64,000 nt of DNA, from positions 20,398,001 through 20,462,000 of the forward strand of contig OX597843.1 in assembly GCA_951406725.2 (NCBI GenBank). The letters run 5' to 3'. The notes under the pieces were generated by a model. That model searched no databases. It was not told the DNA's origin and saw only the letters and a list, made by a program, of their open reading frames with translations. Shown piece after piece: positions 53,546 through 64,000 of the stretch. Origin of the DNA: Octopus vulgaris (taxonomy: Eukaryota). The translations under genes and the position numbers were made by a program. Position 1 is the first letter of the stretch; the number at the start of each line of letters is the position of its first letter.

Positions 53546-56058
53546 AAGAGGAATTGGATGCTCATATCAAGGAAACCTACAACGATCCGCACCGTAACCA
53601 GCCGCTGCCACCTCTACATGGGCTAAATCATCTCTCAGGACCTGACATCAAATTCCAGATTGGGAACATCAGGGAGAGAGAGGTGAATGACTTCGTAAGA
53701 AAAGCTAGAGCAGAGAGTGCCCCAGGAGGTGATGGCGTCTCATATAAAGCCTACAAGTACTGCAAACGTCTGCGAAAGAAACTCTTCGTCCTACTCCGAA
53801 AACTGTGGCGCGAGGAACAGTGACATATTTACAGAGTAACGGATATGTTGATGAATCTCTACAATAGGCCGGAATACCCGGGATCCCTGGATGCGTTGAA
53901 CACTGTTTTTCGATTTGGAAAGCGATCCAGGACGCCAAACAGAACAAGAAAAGTCTGAACGTGGTAAGGCTCCACCTAGCTAACGCGTATGGTTCAATGC
54001 CACACGAATTACTAATAACAGCCATGGACCACTTTCATATTCCTGACAAAGTGATCAAAATAATGAGGATGTACTATGAGAGTTTCGAGGTTGACATTGC
54101 TGCTGGCTGTACAATATCTGTCACATTGTTTATCTTGGTCATGGAGTTGATTCTGAAAGGTGTAGATTTTCCGGAACAAATCGCCCATGTACAATCGCCT
54201 AAGAAAGCCTTCATGGATGACGTGTCACTTCTAGCTACAGATAAACAAATCATGCAGAATGCTCTCTTGAGATTAGACGAACTTGTAAGGGCGTCAAGGA
54301 TGCGATTTAGAGCAAAAAAGTCGCGTAGTCTGACATTTGTTAAGGGAGTGCAGAAAGAATTTAAGTTCCGGATATCTGAAGAAAGCATTCCAACAGTCAA
54401 GAAAGAGCCCGTCAAGAGCTTGGGACGAGAATACGCTGGAACCTTGTCAGACAGAAGTCATGGGATTGAAATTATGAAACAGGCCGAGGCTGGGTTATCA
54501 GCGATTGTTAATTCGAAGTTACCAGGTAAATATAAAATTTGGTGCTTGCAGTTCGGCTTGTATCCGCGACTTGCGTGGCCACTTTTAATATACGAAGTAG
54601 CATTGTCACGAGTTGAAAGCATTGAACAAAAATGTAATGTGTTCATTAGAAAGTGGCTAGGCCTACCTCGTATGTTGAACAACACAGCTCTTTATCATAA
54701 AGAGGTTCGTTGCATCTACCAATAGCATCAATGGTCGAAATATATAAGCTGGGGAAGATACGGACGGTCATGATGCTGAGAGAATCGAAGGGTATGGAAA
54801 TCAGACGTAACCCACCAGAGATGAACACAGCCAGGAAGTGGAAAGCAGAAGCAGAAACTGACGACATTTTGTCTTCTCTTATACACAGAGATATGGTGGG
54901 AGCAACGCAGAATCATCGGAAAGGACTTGGTTTTGGCGCAGATCAATTCAGACCGTTTGCAAGCATGATGCGGAGTGAACGCAGATCTGTTGTTAGCAAC
55001 AGCGTCAAAACAAGAGAAGCAGAGAGAAGATATCTTCATTTGATCCGATGTGTTCATCAAGGTCAGATGACGAGATGGGAAGAACATGTTGTTGAGAGGA
55101 AGATAAGTTGGGATGAGATGTGAAAGTGGACGACATCTCGGCTGAGTTTCCTGATTCGTTCATCTTATGATGTTTTGCCATCACCTACGAATCTAGTAAG
55201 ATGGAACGTCTCAGAGAATGACATCTGCAAATGTGGAAAGGTCGGTAAACTAAAGCATATTCTTTCCAACTGTTCATTAGCATTGAACAGGTACACATGG
55301 AGGCACAACTTGGTCCTTAAGGTTATCTTCAATGCTATAAAGAACCAAATTCATCTCAACAACACTGAGGAAAAACCGTTGAAAGTACCATCAAGAGATT
55401 TCATTACCTTCGTGCGACCAGGTCAGCGGATCCGTTTCAAGAAGAAGTCAAGAAACTTCCTGAGAAAAATGAAGGAGGTATTGGGACTGCAGATTTACCT
55501 GGGTGCCAGGATTTCTTTCCCATCCCAGTTTCGAAAAACCAGATATTTTGATGTGGTGTGAAAGAAAGAAAGTTGTAAATATAGTCCTCATGAAAGTAAT
55601 ATGGACGCCGCTCGGGCTCGAAAATTGAACCGTTGTGAAAACCTCCTCGATGAATGTGAAGACGCAGGCTGGAAAGCGGAACATTTTCCTATCGAAGTCG
55701 GATGTAGAGGGTTTGTTGGATACAGCGTGAGACGACTGTTGTTATCGCTAGGCCTAACTTATCGTAAAGTCAATACCACCATGACTGATATCCAATCTAC
55801 AGTGGAGAAGGCCACTGGATTTGGTTAACAAGAGACGATGAGCGATGGCTAGAAGTATATTGAGTTTAACTTCATAACCAGCTGATCTAGCAAGCGGGGC
55901 CTCATATCAGTGATGGGGGCCGGTGCGCATTGATGCCGTCGAGAGGTAGGCCCCGAAACGGCGCGCATTCTCTCCTGATGACCCATATACTTGCTAGCTT
56001 CCGGTATACGGAGCTTTCAACTGGTAGCACTTGAGCATGTGCAAGTTGTTTGCAAGAC
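53546..56058 (+). mobile_element. Hero-clade RLE non-LTR retrotransposon, 5'-truncated, inserted into (TA)n
   Basis: Motifs KARAESAPGGDG, GIPGCVEH, LANAYGS, AFMDD, a CCHC with RYTWRHN, and RLE C-terminus FPIEVGCRGF. Flanked by atatata on both sides. The empty site is at about 10043 in the paralogous copy. Confidence 0.9.
55887..55997 (+). ncRNA. Permuted/pseudoknotted hammerhead-like ribozyme (Hero 3' UTR, copy B)
   Basis: GCCGUC (55935-40) pairs with GAAACGGC (55955-62). GAGAG (55941-45) pairs with CUCUC (55970-74), followed by CUGAUGA (55975-81). Other helices: GGGGCC/GGCCCC, GGUGCGC/GCGCAUU and CUAGCAAG/CUUGCUAG. Confidence 0.72.
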
Positions 56059-59000
56059 ATATATATTCAAATAAATTCTCTCTCTCTGATCCACAGATCC
56101 AGTTCACAGATCCTTGATGATCCTACTAATGGACAGTAAAGACACACGAAACCTAGAAAAAAACCTCTATGAATAAATTATGTAAATGTCCCACCCTGTG
56201 ATTTTTATTTGTTCCTCAAGATGAAGGAGTTGAAGGGGACTGTAACAGGGGTCCTGGAGACACTCCCTTTCAGATGAGATTTCAGCTTAGGTCTGTAGAT
56301 TATTTTTCGAAAGCTGCACCGTGAGAGGTTCCACAGCTTAATGTGCCCCTTGGTTATCCAAACGATAATCGATGCGAGATGAAGAACTGGTTTTAGTATA
56401 CGTCATTTACGCAATTCGGTAGCTTAATAACACCTACGTTTGATAGGTCCGAAGACGTCAGTAGTAATACTGTTTGGAAACATGGCGGTCCTGTCCACTG
56501 ACATGACACAGGTTCCTCTGTCAAGCATCATGTCTATGTTACCGTTGGTGAATGAATGAGGTTCAAACGAAGACTACGCCTGTCATATTGTTTCCTATGG
56601 CTTCAACTCTATGCGTAAATTGAATGAAGTATGGTTGCTATGCCTTGCCAAAGTGCAATCCGTGTTTTGTCCAGTGCAATGTTTTATCCATATTAAGCAT
56701 ACCCAAACCCTAAACCTAACCCTATATTTAGAGGCTGTTCCCCATTCTATCACTTACAGTATACTCATATGCAACAACAAGCTATAGAAGAGTACCTCTC
56801 TGTTAAATAATTTACCCAAACCCTCAATTTTCACTATTTTCCTCATATTTAAGGGGAAATATATTGGGAAATGTAGTACGAATGTCTATTATGGTTTATC
56901 GATTATTTTATTAAAGGTCTGGTGTAAACATCGGGTAATGAAATAATGGCCGCAGCGAGCATTAGTCCCAGGGTATTTTAATGTGAATGAACAGACTTTA
57001 GTTCAGCCGGAGAAAATCATCCAACATCCATGTCTTATCAAGGCAGATTGAAATTAATTACGATGCTGGGATATTTAGGTTCAGCACTAAAGAAAACCAT
57101 TCAAACACAAATTCATGAAAAAATAGGCATGAACAATAATGTGAAATGTCTGTAGAAATTTAGAGATATTTGCTAGCTTTTCAGTAGAAGTTCAAAAAAT
57201 CCTAGCTTTGAAGACAATGCAATTTCTATGTATATTAGTACGTTCTTCATAAGCTGGTTTATTCGAAAACAAAACAAAGACATTCTGTGGATCCAGTATC
57301 TTACAATTCTGATGTGATCGTATTAAATTGATGTCCTTTTCGGATTCTGTGTGTCAAAAGACTCCCAGTTCGTCTCCAGTTCTTTCCTTCGCCTGACGAT
57401 ATTTCCAAATTATTGTCTTGAATAAAGTTCAAATTGTTTATACACCAAGAACGGGGATTTATATTTTCATACCGTTGAATTCTGACAGATTTCATATTTT
57501 CTTTCGAATAGGTGTAAAGCAGGCTTGAAACCGATTCACAGGATGACCAAATCTTGAAGGAAGGAGAAAAGATGGTATTCTTCAACTGAAGAATGTTTAA
57601 GACAATATGGACTTCACTAAAGGCACTTAAAATTACTAGGTGGCGGTTTTGAACAGAGATGTGGTTTAAGACTACCATTGAAATAGATAATTAGAGACAG
57701 AGAAAGGATACAGCATAGCCGTGGACATGGTGTTGAAACACGGCCATTTGTAATGGGCTGAAGATTAGACAAGTATCCTTCACAATCTTACTTGTAATCT
57801 TACACTTCGCTGAGCATTATTAGCAGTGAAGATATTTATTGGTGCAAGTAGATCCTTTGCATAGCTAGTACGGTATTTTAAAGTCCAATCCTTCTCTTTG
57901 CAGCCATAACTTCAGACCATTTACAATGCTCAAGTGAAACACACAATGAAGAAATCTTTCTACATCTGGAACGGTGATACACATCCGGGATTGCATCGAA
58001 AGAAGGGTGACGTGGCTAAATTTTACTCTATCCCTAACAGACATACTCTTACAGCTATCTCGCAGGCAGGATATCTCTTCTCTTTGTTTTGCCACTGTCA
58101 CTGTCATGCTACAGATTCTTGTAGGAGTTGGCTGAGCTCTTGACCCCACCAAGCAGGTACTACCGACTCACTCGTCTATTCCATTGCTCCTCGATCTTAA
58201 ACCTCAGTTCGTTTTCAGTATGAACCACTGTGCTAAACACTTCAACCCCTTCATCATTCCTGTAAATGTTGGACTGTAGCAGCTTACACGGAACGTTCAT
58301 GGTATCTATCTCAGATTTCATTCAATTCGCGCTTAAATTATGAAAGATGAAAATATCCTAACTAATTAAACAGAACATTGATTTTGCTATTCCACATCTT
58401 CAGATTTACGAGGTTTAAAGAATAACATTAACAAAACATTGCTATTTGCTTTACATTAGGATTTCTCAAATGGTTAAAACGTTCCAAATTTGTTGACAAA
58501 TGGGACTGATCGAATGAATCGATCCACTTTAGTATTTGAATATTTGATTAAAACTTGAAGTGATTAATGCTGTGAGGCAAGCCATTTAATTGGAAATAAT
58601 CGCCTAGAACATAAATTAGTTCTTATGATTTTCATGAGCATCTAATAATAATTCTGCTTATTCCTCCGTCAGTAGGAATCAGCAGAATTCTTTTTAGATA
58701 ATAATAGCGCATCTGTAACACTTTTACAAGATGAATTGAAGGGAAATGCGAAGAGCGAGAGAAAAGAGGGAGTAGAGGGAAAAAGCGGGTAAGGTGAAGA
58801 GCGAGAGAAAAACAGGCAGAGAGAAAAGGAGGGAGAGAAAAAGAGGGTAAGAGAAGCGTCTATGACGTGTGGTAGGGGGAACGTAATAGTTATTACGTGG
58901 TTAAAAATGTTAGTTGAAGGTAGTGATATAGAGGAGAGTGAGAAACAGAATTGTAGCAGAGGATCGATGTTCTGATGGTGAGATTAAAGGAAGGCAGAGA

Positions 59001-59359
59001 AAGAGAGAGAGAGAGAGATGATGATGTTGAATGTGTTGGTGGTGTTAGTGGTGGAGGTGGAGGTTGCGTTGGTGAGTGTGTGGGAAGAGTGTAATGTTTG
59101 TAATTGATATATTTTTTTAATAACACCTATTACTTAAAGCATGCGCATAAGTGCAATCGTCTGCTCGCTTGAAACATGTTATTTGTTTATAAACCATAGA
59201 TGAGAGACGATGTAAGCGAACAACAGAAAGGATGAAACCAAATGGGCAATGGCGCCAAGAGGAGCAGAGGGTCTTATCCAGAAGGACTGAAGGTGTTTTA
59301 AAACGACAATTATGTAGAATATACAGAGAAGAGAAGAGACATATACTCTTTTACACTTT

Positions 59360-59437
<78 letters not shown>

Positions 59438-60269
59438 TGTATGTGTGTGTGTGTGTTTGTGTGTCTGTGTGTGTCTCCTCAGCATCGCCTGACAACCAAT
59501 GCTGGTGTGTGTACGTTCATGTAACTTGGCGGTTCGGCAAAAGAAACCGATAGAATAAGTACTAGGCTTACAAAGAATAAGTCCTGGGGTCGATTTGATC
59601 GATGTTTCTTTATATCTCTCCCCTTAATGTCACTCTCATTATAAAATTAATCAGCGTGTCCAATCTCAGCAAAATCCGAAGAAAAATGGTAAGGTTATAT
59701 CATAAAACAGAATCCATGTGACCATTTACACGAAAATATCCCATTGACATTTAAATCTCTGTACATTATATGAATAACAGATGTTTCATACGTCGAATTG
59801 CTTCATTTTGCTCACGGTTTAAATTTTCTTCAAAATAAGTTCATTATTTTATTGTGATTGATTTGAGGATTTCCGCCTCTCACTAGTTTAATTTTAATTC
59901 TTCTACATGTCTCCGACATTAAACTTTACCTAAAAGTGAAAGTTCATCAAAATCGGTTGAATTCTGTAAAAGTTACTGTATAAAATATTAATCCTATGGG
60001 TGATTGCATGCAAAAAGCCTATTGATTACTTAAAATCTCCCGCTCACGCGCAGATATCGATTCTTTGTCAATTCTTCATGCTGGCATCAACTAATACACA
60101 TGAACTATAATCACGTATAAAATTTCTACAAAGTAGATAAGAATGTGTCTAAGAAAATTCTTATTTGCATTTATACCTATTTCAAGCCATTTTGAATTAA
60201 ATAAATACCTTCACCCTCTCCCCCACCAAACATTTACCTACACTTCATATTCCAATAAATTCGGATAAT

Positions 60270-63200
60270 AATAAGTTGCTGACCCGCCACAGGCCGCCTG
60301 CTTCATTGGGTGCTTGGAGCTAAGAGTTTGACTTGAAAAACGGCCTGCAACCTCTGCACCAGACAAACAACTAAAAGACAAGGAACCACCAATCCTGCGG
60401 TTAGCAAGCTTGAATGTCAGGACCATGTGCCCTGGCATATCTGATGATCTACTCAGGGTTGAAGACACAAGAAAGACAGCCATCATCGACCGTGAACTAA
60501 AGAGGCTTAACATAGTCATTGCTGGGCTGCAGGAGCCAAGACTTCCCTCAAATGGCAAACTCGAAGAACAGGATTTCACCTTTTTTTGGCAGGGAAGCGA
60601 TCTAGAAGAACCTGGTCAGCATGGCGTTGGCTTTGCAGTGAGAAACGCATTACTCTCCTCAATAGAACCACCATCAGGAGACACTGAGCGTATCCTCTCA
60701 CTGCGCCTCTCGACTTCTTCTGGTTCAGTACATCTACTGAGCATCTATGCTTCCACTCTCTATAGCCCAGAGGAGACTAAGGACCAGTTCTACGAAGATT
60801 TCAACTGTGTCATTAAAAATAGAGCAACACATGAAAACATCTACCTTCTAGGAGATTCGTGGCAAATTTGTGTTGGTCACCCTGATATTGGCAACATGAA
60901 TGACAATGGTCAGAGACTACATGAAATTTGCACATTCCATAACCTGTGCATCACCAACACATTCTTTGCCAACAAGACATCGCACAAGGCATCTTGGAGA
61001 CATCAAGATATCACCACAGGCATCAGATGGATCTCATCATTACACGAAGATCCTTTCTGAATTCTGTTCACCTGACCCGTAGTTACCACACAGATCACTC
61101 ACTAATTGGAAGCAGGGTGAGGATCCTGCCTAAAAAAGTCCATCACTTCAAGAAAATGGGCCGACCACGCATTAACACTGCCAGAACCTCGGATCCTACA
61201 CAGCGACAATGTTTTGCTGTTTCTATCAAAGTTGCCCTCAGTAGCTGCCCAACCCCTTTGCTGAAAGTAGGTGGAATTATATTAGAGAAGCTTTGTATAC
61301 CTCATCAATAGATACTTTCAGCATGAGAGAAAGTCAAAACCCAGATTTTGTCCAGTGCTGGGCTCTCAGAGCTGGAACCAGTTATCAAAGCAAAGCGTGC
61401 AGCTCTGATGCAATACAAGAGTGATTCTTCTACAAAATCACTCGAAGAACTCAGAAAGGCAAAAAATATAACCCAACTGACAGCCAGATGCTGTGCAAAT
61501 AGGTATTGGCAGGAAATCTGTCAGAGTATCCAGTCAGCTGCTGAGAGTGGCGACACCCGTGGGATGTATGCCGGTTTAAAGAAGGACCCTCGGTCCATCC
61601 GCAACCAAGTCAGCCCCTCTGAAATCAACTACTGGATATCTCATCAAGGACCAAAGCAAGGAAATGGATAGATAGGTGGAGTACTACCAGGATCTCTACT
61701 CATGGGAGACCACGGTAGCTGAGGCTGCAATCGAGAGTGTCAAGATCTTGCCAGTCATGTGAGAACTTCACAGTCCACCATCTATAGCAGAGCTCACCAA
61801 GGCTATTGACTCCCTAGCAAGTAACAAGTCTCCGGGAAAAGACGGCATCCACTCAGAGATAATCAAAGCCGGCAAAAACACCATCCTGCTTCGGCACCAT
61901 CATGAGCTTCTGTGTCACTGGGATGAGGGTACAGTTCCTCAAGATATGCGGGATGCTAACATCATTACGCTTTACAAAAACAAAGGTGACTGTGGTGATT
62001 GTAACAATTATCGTGGAATATCTCTTCCACGCACTGTTGGAAAGACCTTTGCTCACGTTATCCTGCCCAGGGTACAACTGCTTCCTTCTCGAATTTATCC
62101 GGAATCGCAGTGTGGCTTTAGAAGGAGCACATCAACTATTGACATGATATTCTCCATACGCCAACTTCAGGAGAAGTCCAGAGAGCAGAAAATGCCATTA
62201 CATATCGCCTTCATTGGTAAGTAGAAAAGGCCTCTTCATCCTGCTCCAAAAAATCGGATGTCCACCAAAGCTGCTGAGATTCATCAAATCTTTCCATGAT
62301 GATATGCAAGGCACCATACAGCACAATGGTTCAACAACAGCCGCATTCCAAATAAAAAACGGAGTAAAGCAAGGTTGTGTCCTTGTTCCTACATTATTTG
62401 GCATCTTCTTCTCGCTATTGCTCTCACATGCCTTTCAGACATCAGATGATGGAGTGTTTCTGCAGAGTAGAAGTGACGGGAAACTGTTCAATCTCTCGCG
62501 CCTGCGTGGCAAGACCAAAATCAGAAGCGTCCTGCTCAGGGAAATGCTATTTGCTGATGATGCCGCTCTGGTATCACGCACAGAAGAAGCCCTAGAAAGG
62601 CTCATCAACTGTTTTGAGCAGGCATGTAACGACTTTGGATTAGCTATCAGCTTCAAGAAGACCAACATCATGTTTTGGGCTACACCGGACATCCGAAACA
62701 TACATATTGGAGACCACAAATTACAGGAGGTTGAGACGTTTACCTATCTTGGCTCTACTGTCACCTACAACCTATCCTTTGATGTTGAGCTCAATATACG
62801 GATTGGCAAGGCATCTGCTGTGATGCCCCAACTCTCGAAACGAGCATGGGTCAACATTAAGCTGACCAAGAACACAAAAATGAAGATTTACCAGGCATGT
62901 GTACTTAGCACTCAACTGTATGGAAGTGAGACTTGGACGCCATTCACACGCCAAGAGCGTCGCCTAAATATCTTTCACCTGCGCTGCCTCTGGAAAAGCC
63001 TTCGCATCAAATAGCAGAATCATGTCCCCAACAAAGATGTCCTCAAGCAAGCAGGAATACTAAGCATGTTTGGACTCCTCACACAAAGACTTATGAGATG
63101 GCTTGGACATGTTAGCCGTATGGGAGATGGCAGAATCCCCAAGGACATATTCTACAGAGATCTTACTAGGTGCACAAGGTCTGCTGGTAGACCGTTCTTA

Positions 63201-63564
63201 CGATACAAGGATGTTTGTCAAAGGGACATGAAGGCCTGAAACGTTAATATTAGCAACTGGGAAGTAGTTGCCAGCAAACGTGGAGATTGGAGACGTTCCG
63301 TAAAAGAAGGAATACAAAGGAGTGACAGAGGAAAAGAGGAGAAATGGAAAGACAAGAAAAGACGTCAACAAGAAACTATGACATTACAACCAGCCAGGCA
63401 AAGTCTTCGCTACATTTGCGGCACCTGCCAGAGTGAGTGTTTGTCCAGGATAGGACTACACAGCCATAGCAGGAAATGTATAGGACATGAGATGTAAAAA
63501 GCCGGACTAGATTATTTTATGCGCAACTCCATTGTCTCCCGAGACAAACAAGATGCCAACAACA
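60270..63564 (+). mobile_element. Duplicated RTE LINE
   Basis: APE in ORF 60410-61060 and RT in ORF 62214-63014 (VKQGCVL, FADD). Same 3' stem, (CAA)n tail and 3' flank as the copy ending at 22084. Confidence 0.92.
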
Positions 63565-63662
63565 ATTAAAATTATCAATTTAATAAATAAATAAATAAGT
63601 TAACATTTTTAATGTCCTAAAGTTGATGAACCAACTATTGTTCTCCTTCATTTTCTTACTTG

Positions 63663-63726
<64 letters not shown>

Positions 63727-63851
63727 TATTATATTAGAGACAAAACCACTATTAGGCAAATCAAACAATGAAAAACTTAAGCCAATACATAAGATTAATT
63801 TATATTATTTAAATATATAACAAAATTATTAATAAAATATAATTAATTTCA

Positions 63852-63915
63852 CACTACGATCGTTTCATGCCTGCTAACTTCATCATATTTTTGAGTCGCA
63901 GTCATTCATCAGGTG
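63852..63915 (-). ncRNA. Type I minimal hammerhead with palindromic stem III
   Basis: Minus strand reads cac-CUGAUGA-augacugc..gcaggcau-GAAAC-gauc-GUA-gug. It lies within a repeat related to 27710-28170. Confidence 0.78.
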
Positions 63916-64000
63916 GTTTAAATATCTAAAATATTATCAATATTTTTAAGATATAAATAATATATATAATATAATATTTTTACTTATAATAAACTCTATT

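Larger units (their letters stand above)
47870..63720 (+). repeat. Segmental duplicate of about 4700-22240
   Basis: Near-identical ORF pairs such as 5086/48559, 7786/51293, 8814/52331, 12293/57934 and 20478/61946, plus shared unique flanks. Confidence 0.95.

Noticed and set aside
55905-55985. SECIS or C/D-box (K-turn) reading of TGATG...CTGATGA
   Set aside because: No SECIS helix with apical AA is evident, and the hammerhead pairings explain both copies better. Not formally excluded.
60270-63564. Independent second RTE insertion
   Set aside because: It shares the 3' flank and inactivating lesions with 18630-22084, so it is part of the segmental duplication.

Overview
AT-rich eukaryotic DNA made almost entirely of transposable elements, with no recognisable intact host gene. 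The SINE families and (TA)n/(TG)n density suggest a cephalopod (octopus-like) genome, which is an inference. Contents: two Tx1/L1-clade ORF2 copies plus an ORF1 5' fragment, three decayed Helitron Rep/PIF1 copies and non-autonomous Helitrons, a Ty3/Gypsy LTR element nested in a Helitron with a visible TSD, two RTE LINE copies, two Hero-clade RLE retrotransposons, R4/Dong and CR1 remnants, a Naiad-like Penelope element, tRNA-derived SINEs and many microsatellites. About 4.7-22.2 kb is duplicated at about 47.9-63.7 kb. The most striking signal is at the 3' end of both Hero copies (24119-24207 and 55887-55997). Each carries the full hammerhead ribozyme core (NUH, GAAA, CUGAUGA) in a non-canonical, pseudoknotted strand order. 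The same five helices can be drawn in both copies from largely different sequences. Three conventional Penelope-type minimal hammerheads are also present. All structures and alignments were read by eye; nothing was computed.
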